Part shown: positions 1 to 7,740 of the stretch, piece after piece
Layout of the letters: each line of letters begins with the position of its first letter
Position numbering within the stretch: the first letter of the stretch is position 1
Assembly: GCA_016183065.1 (NCBI GenBank)
Contig: JACPFF010000015.1
Location: 27,449-91,448 of the forward strand
Reading direction: 5' to 3'
From: Deltaproteobacteria bacterium
Lineage (GTDB): Bacteria > UBA10199 > GCA-002796325 > JACPFF01
Length of the DNA: 64,000 nucleotides
Translations under genes and position numbers: made by a program
Notes under the pieces: generated by a model
Told to the model about the DNA's origin: nothing
Databases searched by the model: none
The model's input: the letters and a program-made list of their open reading frames with translations, nothing else

Positions 1-1
1 G

Positions 2-145
2 ACGCTGGTCCCGCTCGACCTCTTGCGCGATGAAGACGCGGGGTATCAAGGCCTCTGGTACACCGACCCTGATGACATCGGGTCAGAGAACGTCCCTCCC
101 GATGATGACACATGGATGCGCGATGATGGCTGGTATCTCCACTAG
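2..145 (+). CDS. 3' end of an unidentified CDS entering from upstream (partial)
   Basis: Frame open from the window edge to TAG at 143-145. Acidic tail ...DPDDIGSENVPPDDDTWMRDDGWYLH. No family recognised. Confidence 0.3.
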   Translation, partial: TLVPLDLLRDEDAGYQGLWYTDPDDIGSENVPPDDDTWMRDDGWYLH

Positions 146-277
146 CAGGCGGTTGAAAAACCCCGTTCAGATCACCTTTTTGGGCTGGCTGAGGATCTGT
201 GGGCAGAGGAAGGGGCGTGACCGCCGTGTGCAGGGAGGCACTCGCGGTCGCGCGTGGCGCTGTGGCATTCACGGCAT

Positions 278-446
278 TATCGGAGGGGCTCACGTCGCCC
301 CCTCCAGCGGCAAAGCCGCTGGAGCCTCCCCTTCAACGCCGCGGTGCGGCTGGGTCGTGGGGCCCCGGACGTCAGTCCGGAGGGTGTCGTGCTCAGGCGA
401 AGCCTCCTCCCAAGGTGCCACGGGCGTGAGCCCGTGGGGCCCCACG
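278..446 (+). repeat. GC-rich modular hairpin-mosaic repeat, copy 1
   Basis: Cap TATCGGAGGGGCTCACGT, then hairpins CTCCAGCGGC-AAA-GCCGCTGGAG (302-324), GCCGC-GGT-GCGGC (338-350), CCGGA-CGTCAG-TCCGG and CCACGGGC-GTGA-GCCCGTGG (418-437). Modules recur at 6325-6480 and 62351-62530. Confidence 0.75.
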
Positions 447-559
447 CTCGGGAGCGTCCTCATGGAGCTCCTTGCCCTGACCGTGGGGATCTCGTTCTTT
501 CTCCTCGTCGTCACACGACTGGTGGCGCTCACGGCCACACGTCTCTTTGAGGTCGTCGG

Positions 560-1366
560 ATGGTAACACAATGGTCATGGCGTCATCGGGGGCTCAGGGC
601 CATGGGGATGAGTGGGGTGGTTGCGCTCGCAGCCTTCATCTATTTTCTCCGCGTCGAGCGCGAGATTGTCAGTCGTGGGACGCCCATTGCACTCGTGATA
701 GCTGCCACAGACCTCCCGGCCCAGATTGCGCTGACACCGGCGATGCTGGCCCTCCGTGAAATCCCGAGACAGTTTGTCCCGCCGGGGGCTCTGCAAGATC
801 CCGAAGAGGCCATCGGGATGGTCACCGTCACGACCATGCGCGCCGGAGAGATCCTCACGGTGACGCGTGTGGCTCCGGTGACCGATCCCCCGATCCTCTC
901 GGCAACGATCGGCGGAGGCCGGCGTGCGATTGCCATTCCGGTCGATGACGCGCATGCCGCAGGCGGGCTGATTCGTCCCGGAGACCGGGTCGATCTCCTG
1001 GCGCGTTTTGACGTCGGAATGACGGGGATGACGCAACGCCATCTCGTCACCTTGTTGCAGGGCCTTCGAGTCCTGGCTGTGGGAAGCGCGATGGCCGATC
1101 TGTACGAGGAGCGACTGCCGTCCAAACCGCCAGCTCAGCGCCACGGGTTGTCCGGCACACCTGCGCAGCGTGCTGCGACGATCACGGTCGAGGTCTCGCG
1201 CGAAGAGGCACAATCCGCGCTCTTTGCCCTCGCCAATGGCGAGGTCTTTCTCAGTCTCCTGCCGGGCCTGGAGGTGCAGAGAGCTCCTCCCATTGCCCCC
1301 GCCACGGCCGCGTCAGTCACGGGGCTGACCTCGCTCGTGCCACGGAGGGAATATCGTGGGCGATAG
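560..1366 (+). CDS. cpaB: Flp/Tad pilus assembly protein CpaB/RcpC (SAF domain)
   Basis: N-terminal TM segment (VVALAAFIYFL) and the conserved CpaB core GGRRAIAIPVDDAHAAGGLIRPGDRVDLLARF. GAGG RBS 8 nt upstream of ATG 560; ATG 602/608 are alternative starts. Sits upstream of the secretin. Confidence 0.8.
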   Translation: MVTQWSWRHRGLRAMGMSGVVALAAFIYFLRVEREIVSRGTPIALVIAATDLPAQIALTPAMLALREIPRQFVPPGALQDPEEAIGMVTVTTMRAGEILTVTRVAPVTDPPILSATIGGGRRAIAIPVDDAHAAGGLIRPGDRVDLLARFDVGMTGMTQRHLVTLLQGLRVLAVGSAMADLYEERLPSKPPAQRHGLSGTPAQRAATITVEVSREEAQSALFALANGEVFLSLLPGLEVQRAPPIAPATAASVTGLTSLVPRREYRGR

Positions 1367-2909
1367 GATGTGCATCCCCCCATGGCCCGGCGCATGGACG
1401 CTCTGGGGGCTTCTGGCCGCGGGTATCTGGAGTGTCATGGTGTCCCGTGCGCTTGCTGAGCGTCAGCCGATTGCCCTCGTGCAGGGACAATCGACCACGG
1501 TCGTGACCGAGTATGATATTGGTGATGCCGCCATCACCAATCCGGCGGTCTGCGACTTCCTGATTCGTGATTCACAGCGCGAAATTTATCTCAACTCCCG
1601 GGGCCCCGGCGTGGTCATGTTGACCCTCTGGGATGTCGCCGGGACTCAGCGCGATGTCATCCCCATCGAAGTGACGGATGTCGATCTCGAGGCGGTCATG
1701 ACCACGGCGCGGCGTCAGCTGGGCGACATGCCGCAGGTGGCCTTTGTCCGCCGGGGCGACCGGATTGTGATGGAAGGGGAGGTCGGTTCGGAGACATTGC
1801 TCAGCGAGGTTGAACGTGTGGCCGCGGAACATCCGCATCTCGACAATCGTGTGCGGATTGGGCACGAGGCCCTGCGTGACCTGGCCGCGGAGATCGAACG
1901 CGCGGTCGGCCGTCCGGGGATCACGGTTCGTCACGTCAAGGACCGGCTCATCCTGGAAGGGGTGGCCTACAGCCAGACGGCTGCGCAACACGCGGAGCAG
2001 ATCGCCAGGTTGTACAGCCGTGCCGTCCTCAATCTGATTGACGTGCGCGAGACACAACGCCTCCCGGGGGACCGACCGCTTGTCTATCTCGATCTCTATT
2101 TCATGGAAATCAAGTCCGAGGCACTCCGGCACTTCGGGATCGAATGGTATCCCGGCGCACAGGACCGTCAGGGAGGAGAGGGATGGCTCTCCTCCATGGT
2201 CGGCGTTCTCTTCAATCTCCTGCCGAAAATCCGGACGATCCGTGAACGCGGTGACGGCAAGATCCTGGAACATCCGCGACTCGTGGTGAAGAGTGGGGAT
2301 CGCGGCGAGTTTTTTAGCGGGATGGAGATTCCCTACACAACCGAACAGCAGATTGCCTTCAAGAACGCCGGCATCTCGATCGACGTGGAACCGATTGCCT
2401 ACGGCGCTTCCGTCGATCTCAAGATTGCGGTGGAGCTCTCGGTCCCTGCAGCAGGGGTCAACGGGGCGATCGATCGGCGGCGCATTGCCACCACAGCCTA
2501 TTGTCGCAGCGGCCAGAGTCTTGTCCTGGGCGGTCTGTGGGGGGCGGCCGAGTCCACCGGGCGGAACCTCCTTCCAGGTGCTGTCGATCCCTCGACGGCA
2601 CTGTTCACGCTGGCACACTCCAGGAAGCGGCAACACCGGGAGACTGATTTTGTGATCTTTGTGACGCCGCGGGTCGCCAGTGTCCCGGATTCTGCAGAGG
2701 CCGTCACGACCGCATGGCAGGAAGCGGTCGAGCCCCCCGCACCGCCGGTCTCGAAACGCCCATCGTCGGGGCACCGGCATGGGCAATGGCACCGCGGGGC
2801 GCGGGACGTGCGCGCCGCAGTGCCGCTGACCGCGAAACCGGGCGCCCTCCCGGTGCAATCACCGGAGACCCGGCCGCTCATCGATGTCCCGGAGTCGCTG
2901 CAGCAATGA
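1356..2909 (+). CDS. cpaC: Tad pilus secretin CpaC/RcpA
   Basis: Signal-like N-terminus, pilus N-domain (AITNPAVCDFLI...VVMLTLWD) and secretin C-domain (ILEHPRLVVKSGDRGEFFSGMEIPY, GQSLVLGGLWG). GTG 1356 follows GGAGGGA; ATG 1368 is an alternative start. Confidence 0.85.
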   Translation: MGDRMCIPPWPGAWTLWGLLAAGIWSVMVSRALAERQPIALVQGQSTTVVTEYDIGDAAITNPAVCDFLIRDSQREIYLNSRGPGVVMLTLWDVAGTQRDVIPIEVTDVDLEAVMTTARRQLGDMPQVAFVRRGDRIVMEGEVGSETLLSEVERVAAEHPHLDNRVRIGHEALRDLAAEIERAVGRPGITVRHVKDRLILEGVAYSQTAAQHAEQIARLYSRAVLNLIDVRETQRLPGDRPLVYLDLYFMEIKSEALRHFGIEWYPGAQDRQGGEGWLSSMVGVLFNLLPKIRTIRERGDGKILEHPRLVVKSGDRGEFFSGMEIPYTTEQQIAFKNAGISIDVEPIAYGASVDLKIAVELSVPAAGVNGAIDRRRIATTAYCRSGQSLVLGGLWGAAESTGRNLLPGAVDPSTALFTLAHSRKRQHRETDFVIFVTPRVASVPDSAEAVTTAWQEAVEPPAPPVSKRPSSGHRHGQWHRGARDVRAAVPLTAKPGALPVQSPETRPLIDVPESLQQ

Positions 2910-4837
2910 CCGCCTATCTCCTCATGGGTGCACGCGAGGGGATGGGGGCCTCGACACTGGCCGTGAATATCGCGCTCAGCATGGTGACCTTGACAGAACG
3001 TCCCATGCTCCTTGTCACCCTCGGGAGGCGTCAGCACGAAGATTGTGCCGTGCTGCTCGGCATTGCCTCACTGCGCACCATGGAGGCATTACAGCAGGTG
3101 ATGTCCGATCTGCCGGATGCGGCATGCATGGGATGGCTGACCGATCCGCGCCGACGTGTGGGGACCCTGGCGCTCGAGGATCAGGTCATGGCACCATCCG
3201 TGGTCGATCGGCTCCAGCGACTCTTTCCATATTGGATCGTCGATGCGGGGGAGACCTTCACGGCGGCACATGCCGCGTTTGACCGGGAGCAGAGCTGGTG
3301 GGGACTCGTCGTCACTCCAGAACCCCGGGCTTTTCTTGCCGGCAACGCCCTCCTCGCGACCTGGAACGAGGCGTTTATCGCACGTCATCGGACGGTCTGC
3401 CTGGTGAATCGATGGGATCCCTCCAGCCGCATCACCGAGGCGCTGCTGCGTGAGACCCTGCACCGTGCCCCATCGCACTGGATTCCCGAGACCGCCTCGG
3501 CAACAGCCGCAGCGGCCGAAGGGGTCCCCCTGGTGATGCGCGACCCGCACGGACCATTTGCGACGGTGGTTTCGCACCTGGCGGCGACGTGGATGGCCAC
3601 CGTGCGAGAGGCGACGCCGGAAAGCGCCGTAGCCGTACAGATGCCGGTGGAAGGTCAACTCGCGGAGTCCTCATCGCTCGCGAACGATCGTGCCACGCTC
3701 CACGAAGAGATCCTGACCGCATTGTATCGGGAAGAGACGATCGCCACCGTGGCAGCGATTGTCGATCCGGCGCAGCTCCGTGAGGCATTGGCCGCCACGC
3801 TCCGCACGATCATTGCGGCGCTGCCATCGGCCCGTCTTTCGGGGGTTGATCGCGAGGCGCTGCTCCACGACGTTTGCAATGAAGCCATCGGGATGGGGCC
3901 ACTGGAATCGCTCGTGACCGATGCCACCGTGACTGAGATCATGGTGAACGGGCCTTCGGCAATCTACTGCGAGCGTCACGGCCGCGTGGCATCCGTTGCG
4001 GCGACGTTTCGCAATGCCGCGCATCTGCGCCACCTCATCGGGCGGCTTCTGGCGCCGACCGGTCGGCGTGTCGACGATCGATCCCCCATTGTCGATGTCC
4101 GACTCCGCGATGGTTCACGACTCAATGTCGTGCTTCCTCCCGTGGCGCTTCAGGGTCCCCTCCTGACGATCCGTCGTCATCGATCCGAGACCTGGTGCAT
4201 CAGCGACCTGCAGCGCGCCGGCGCAATGACATCGGCGATGGCGGCGTCCCTGATTGAGGCCGTGCAGCGGCGGAAAAATCTCCTGGTCATCGGCGGCACC
4301 GGGAGCGGCAAAACGACGCTCCTTCGGGCATTGGCGACCGCGATTGCCCCGGACGAACGGATCATCACCATCGAAGATGCCGCGGAACTCCGTTTGGCAC
4401 AACCCCACGTGGTCCCCTTGGAGGCGCGGCCGCCCAACATCGAAGGGGCGGGGGAGATTACGATCCGCACGCTGGTCCGGACCGCCCTCCGTATGCGACC
4501 CGATCGCATCATTGTCGGCGAGTGCCGGGGCGGCGAGGCCCTCGACATGCTCCAGGCCATGCATACCGGCCACGAGGGCTCGATGACGACGCTGCATGCC
4601 AATACCCCCGATGATGCCATGACGCGGCTTGCGACCCTCGTCTATTTCTCCGGGGTGACGCTGCCGCTCCATGTGGTGCGCGAGCAGATCGCCGGGGCCA
4701 TCCACTTGGTGGTGACCATGCGACGCGATACCACCGGGCATCGGCGGGTCACGGCACTCCATGCCGTCTGCGGCGTGCAGGACGAACGGGTGGTCCTCTC
4801 GCCGCTCATTGTTTCATCCCCGGAGGATCTCTCATGA
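2906..4837 (+). CDS. cpaF: CpaF/TadA secretion ATPase with an N-terminal CpaE/TadZ-like (degenerate ParA/MinD) domain
   Basis: ATG 2906 overlaps the secretin stop (ATGA). The N-terminal ~230 aa read GAREGMGASTLAVNIALS...WIVDAG...VCLVNRWD, a MinD/CpaE-like pattern whose Walker A lacks the Lys. The C-terminal part carries VTEIMVNGPSAIYCERHGR, Walker A GGTGSGKTTLL and IIVGECRGGEALDMLQAMHTGHEGSMTTLHAN. Confidence 0.85.
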   Translation: MTAYLLMGAREGMGASTLAVNIALSMVTLTERPMLLVTLGRRQHEDCAVLLGIASLRTMEALQQVMSDLPDAACMGWLTDPRRRVGTLALEDQVMAPSVVDRLQRLFPYWIVDAGETFTAAHAAFDREQSWWGLVVTPEPRAFLAGNALLATWNEAFIARHRTVCLVNRWDPSSRITEALLRETLHRAPSHWIPETASATAAAAEGVPLVMRDPHGPFATVVSHLAATWMATVREATPESAVAVQMPVEGQLAESSSLANDRATLHEEILTALYREETIATVAAIVDPAQLREALAATLRTIIAALPSARLSGVDREALLHDVCNEAIGMGPLESLVTDATVTEIMVNGPSAIYCERHGRVASVAATFRNAAHLRHLIGRLLAPTGRRVDDRSPIVDVRLRDGSRLNVVLPPVALQGPLLTIRRHRSETWCISDLQRAGAMTSAMAASLIEAVQRRKNLLVIGGTGSGKTTLLRALATAIAPDERIITIEDAAELRLAQPHVVPLEARPPNIEGAGEITIRTLVRTALRMRPDRIIVGECRGGEALDMLQAMHTGHEGSMTTLHANTPDDAMTRLATLVYFSGVTLPLHVVREQIAGAIHLVVTMRRDTTGHRRVTALHAVCGVQDERVVLSPLIVSSPEDLS

Positions 4838-5412
4838 TGTCATGGTATGCCCGGTGGCGACAGCGGTGTCGGCAACAGCGGGCCCAGGCGCAGTTGCCCA
4901 TGGCCCTCCATCTGTTGGGGAGTGCCTTGCAGGCGGGCGACACACTCTCGCAGGCCATGGCGGTGGTGGCGCTCGAGGCGCCATGGCCATTGCGCGAGGG
5001 CTTCCAGGACTGGGTCCGGGAAGAGGCCCTTGGGGTCCCCCTGGCGTCCCGGCTGGAGCGTCTGGCGGAACGGATCGGCGGGCGGGACCTCTTGCTGATC
5101 CGCTTTACCCTTCTTCTCCTCCATGATGCCGGCGGAAATCTCGTGGCCGCCTGCGACCGGTGGATTGCGGCCATCGATGCGCGAGTCCGGCTGCGGGACA
5201 AGGTCCACCTCGCCACCATCCAGGGCCGGATCAGCGGTGGCCTGATTGCGATGATCCCGCTCGGTCTCCTGGGGGCCATGGCCCTGTGGATGCCGGCATT
5301 CGTGCAGCCACTGGTCACGACGTGGCCCGGGCGTGTGGCGGGCATTGGTGGCGTGCTGCTGAATGCCTGCGGTCTCTGGTGGATGCTGCGATGGTCGCGG
5401 GTCGATGTATGA
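4834..5412 (+). CDS. tadB: Tad pilus inner-membrane platform protein TadB-like (T2SSF domain)
   Basis: ATGA overlap with the cpaF stop. T2SSF-like pattern LLGSALQAGDTLSQAM ... GRISGGLIAMIPL. Confidence 0.75.
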   Translation: MMSWYARWRQRCRQQRAQAQLPMALHLLGSALQAGDTLSQAMAVVALEAPWPLREGFQDWVREEALGVPLASRLERLAERIGGRDLLLIRFTLLLLHDAGGNLVAACDRWIAAIDARVRLRDKVHLATIQGRISGGLIAMIPLGLLGAMALWMPAFVQPLVTTWPGRVAGIGGVLLNACGLWWMLRWSRVDV

Positions 5413-6317
5413 GCGGACTCCTCTCCATCCTGGTGTGGTGTGTGATCCATGACGCAATGGGCTGGTGGGAGACGCGTTCCCCCCGTCGATTGGATCTCCG
5501 CGGCACCATGGAGGACCCCCCGTGGGTGACCCGGTCGCTCCTCCTGCGGCTGACCCTCCCTATGGCCCGGTGCAGCGCCGAGGCCGTGCGTCGTGGGGCG
5601 CAGCGCAGTCGATGGCGGTGGTGTCGGCAGGGGGTGCTGGTGTCCGGGGGGACGGGGACCTATGCCGTCCCCTGTGGCGACTGGCTGACGATGACCATGC
5701 AGAGCCTGATCCTTGCCGGCTGCGGTCTGCTCGTCGGTTCCTGCGCACCGGCGGCCACGCACGTGGTGATGCTCTGCGGTGCCGGCAGTGGCGCGCTCCT
5801 GCCGTGGCATGCCATGCGGCACGGATTGCGCAGATGGCGCGCAGAGATCCTCCGCGACTGCGAAGAGATGGTGGAACTCTTTGCGCTGGCGGTCGAGGCG
5901 GGCCTTGAGATCCCGGTGGCACTGGCGCGGCTCGTAGAGGTCATGCCGGCATCGCCCTGGCGGAACCTGATGGGGCAATTGCACTGTGAATTGCGGCTCG
6001 GCCAAGCGCCGACCAAGGCATGGCAGACCTTGGCAACCGCCGTGGCACTGCCGCCGGTGGATGCGTTTGTCACGTTGCTGCGCAGTGCCGACTCTCGCGG
6101 CACGCCGATCGCCACGCTCCTCCATCGCGAGGTCGAACGGATGCACGCTGCGCGCTATCGGCGGGCCGAAGTGGCGGGCATTCTGGCGGGACAGAAAATA
6201 TTACTGCCGATGATCCTCTGCATTCTCCCCGGGTATTTCCTCCTCGTCTTGAGTGGCATTATTTTGCACCTGTTTGGTGCCGGCCTGACCCAGGGGCTGG
6301 GGGGATGGTTGTGGTGA
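5409..6317 (+). CDS. tadC: Tad pilus inner-membrane platform protein TadC-like (T2SSF domain)
   Basis: ATGA overlap with the tadB stop. T2SSF pattern ELFALAVEAGLEIPVALARL ... RRAEVAGILAGQKILLPMILCILPGYFLLV. Confidence 0.75.
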   Translation: MSGLLSILVWCVIHDAMGWWETRSPRRLDLRGTMEDPPWVTRSLLLRLTLPMARCSAEAVRRGAQRSRWRWCRQGVLVSGGTGTYAVPCGDWLTMTMQSLILAGCGLLVGSCAPAATHVVMLCGAGSGALLPWHAMRHGLRRWRAEILRDCEEMVELFALAVEAGLEIPVALARLVEVMPASPWRNLMGQLHCELRLGQAPTKAWQTLATAVALPPVDAFVTLLRSADSRGTPIATLLHREVERMHAARYRRAEVAGILAGQKILLPMILCILPGYFLLVLSGIILHLFGAGLTQGLGGWLW

Positions 6318-6324
6318 ATGACAC

Positions 6325-6480
6325 TATTGGAGGGGCTCACGTCGCCCCCCCAACGGGCCAAGCCCGTTGGGTCCCCCCCTCTCGCGCGCGGTGCGCGCTG
6401 GGGGACGTCCTCGTCCACCTGCTTCGCGGGTGCCCGGACTCGGTCGTCGCAACACCCCCGTGGGCCAGGTGGCGGCTCCC
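6325..6480 (+). repeat. GC-rich modular hairpin-mosaic repeat, copy 2
   Basis: Cap TATTGGAGGGGCTCACGT 8 nt after the tadC stop. Hairpins CCAACGGGC-CAA-GCCCGTTGG (6350-6370), GCGCGC-GGT-GCGCGC (6384-6398) and CACCTGC-TTC-GCGGGTG (6416-6432). Confidence 0.75.
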
Positions 6481-6535
6481 CCTCCTCCATGGCTGGCAGG
6501 TGGTGGAGGCGTGGGGGCATCGCGCGGGCTTCTGG

Positions 6536-7456
6536 ATGATACCGCTCCTGCAAGGCGTGCTGGCCCTCGGGCTGCTGGGATGGGGGAGCGTGCAGTCCCA
6601 TCACGATGTCACCTGGACAACGCATCTCGCCGACCAGTATCGAGCCCATGCCGTGCAGGCGATCTTTTCCGCACTGACCCGTCATGACGGGGAGTGGGAT
6701 GTTGGGGCGGTGGTCCCCTGGCGGCAATGGTGTGCCGAGATCGGGGTCGTTGCATTGCGCGTGGAGGATGCGCGCGGAGAGACGGTCGGACGATGCGGGC
6801 CCTCGGAGGCACACGAGGGGATGGGTGCATGGTTGGCCACCCGTGCCGCACCATTGCCGGATGATGCGCCGTGGATCGACCATGGCGAGTGCCAGCGCGC
6901 GCGACAGTGTTATGCCATGCACAGCTCACGCGCACACCTCGCCATCATGTTCGATCCCGTGGTCATGCGACAGAGTATGGGGTGCCCCGCATCGTTGTGG
7001 TGGGTCTTTCTCCTCAGTGCGCTCTGGGGGATCGGGTCGATCGGTCGTGGTTGCTCCGGTTGGCGGACCATCCATCGTCAACGTCGCGCGGCCTATCGCG
7101 AGGGTGCCCTGGCCGGGATGTTTGTCCAGCCGATCTGTCTGCAACAGGCCATTGACAGTCTCCCGGTTGGTATCGCCATTTTTGACGGGGCCATGCGGCT
7201 CCGGATCATCAATGCAGCGCTGCGGGTCACGGGGCCTCCCGGGCAAGCGACTGATGAGGTCTCCATCCATCCGGTCCATCTCCTCGATTTCGCGCGCACC
7301 CGCGGATGGGAAGCGACGGCGCAGGCATTGGTGCGGACATTGTCGGGAGGGGAGCATTTGAGCGCCCACCAGCACGGGATGACGCTGACCCGATTGGCGA
7401 CCCGCGAGGGGACATCGGGGTATTGGTTCGTCGTCCATCAGGAGGAGGCACCATGA
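6536..7456 (+). CDS. Membrane protein: two TM segments, ~130-aa extracytoplasmic region and a C-terminal PAS-like domain, with no transmitter domain
   Basis: Start placed at the first ATG after the repeat (MIPLLQGVLALGLLGW); GTG 6500/6503 are possible. Second TM is LWWVFLLSALWGIGSIG. PAS-like stretch LQQAIDSLPVGIAIFDGAMRLRIINAA. No His-kinase, GGDEF or HTH motif. Confidence 0.5.
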   Translation: MIPLLQGVLALGLLGWGSVQSHHDVTWTTHLADQYRAHAVQAIFSALTRHDGEWDVGAVVPWRQWCAEIGVVALRVEDARGETVGRCGPSEAHEGMGAWLATRAAPLPDDAPWIDHGECQRARQCYAMHSSRAHLAIMFDPVVMRQSMGCPASLWWVFLLSALWGIGSIGRGCSGWRTIHRQRRAAYREGALAGMFVQPICLQQAIDSLPVGIAIFDGAMRLRIINAALRVTGPPGQATDEVSIHPVHLLDFARTRGWEATAQALVRTLSGGEHLSAHQHGMTLTRLATREGTSGYWFVVHQEEAP

Positions 7457-7740
7457 CAGAGGGCAGGGTCCGTCAGTGGCCGCATCGCTGGTCTCTCGGC
7501 GTTGTGCTCGTTGTCGTCGGTGCGGCTGTGAGTCTCCCGGTGCCGCACCCGCATGGCGATGTCACGGTCCATCCATCGTCGACGATCGTGCAGCGCCATG
7601 GGGAGGCTGACAAGGGAGAGAGGGCCGCGCGGGTGCGCAGGTATCGGCACGTCGCACGGTGGCACCATGAAGCCGGTCGGCGCATTGCGGCGGAGCATGC
7701 GCGACGTCTGGCAGCGGCATGGGGAACGCGAGAACCATGA
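7453..7740 (+). CDS. Small hypothetical protein with one TM segment, His/Arg-rich
   Basis: ATGA overlaps at both ends, with the upstream stop at 7456 and the downstream start at 7737. Contains LGVVLVVVGAAVSL. No family recognised. Confidence 0.35.
   Translation: MTEGRVRQWPHRWSLGVVLVVVGAAVSLPVPHPHGDVTVHPSSTIVQRHGEADKGERAARVRRYRHVARWHHEAGRRIAAEHARRLAAAWGTREP

Noticed and set aside
30-566. 178-aa ORF upstream of cpaB
   Set aside because: It runs straight through the hairpin-mosaic repeat (278-446). Its composition is Arg/Gly/Pro-rich, typical of off-frame high-GC sequence. It carries no family motif, and the same repeat generates similar pseudo-peptides elsewhere. Only its last 34 codons (462-566) are kept, as a low-confidence micro-ORF finding.
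462-566. The micro-ORF as the Flp pilin
   Set aside because: It lacks the Flp leader and cleavage motif (G/xxxxEY), and the hydrophobic segment starts at residue 1. It is therefore not called as a pilin.
2714-2905. N-terminal extension of the cpaF ORF from ATG 2714
   Set aside because: It lies entirely inside the 3' end of the secretin gene in another frame. ATG 2906 forms the ATGA stop/start overlap seen at every other junction of this operon, and the MinD-like domain begins right there.
278-6480. Hairpin repeats as a CRISPR array
   Set aside because: There is no regular repeat-spacer periodicity. The modules differ in sequence and order, the copies are kilobases apart, and there are no cas genes in the window.
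6020-6535. N-terminal 172 codons of ORF 6020..7456
   Set aside because: The first 298 nt overlap tadC in another frame, and the next ~160 nt are the repeat copy 2. The first hydrophobic segment and a plausible ATG occur at 6536.
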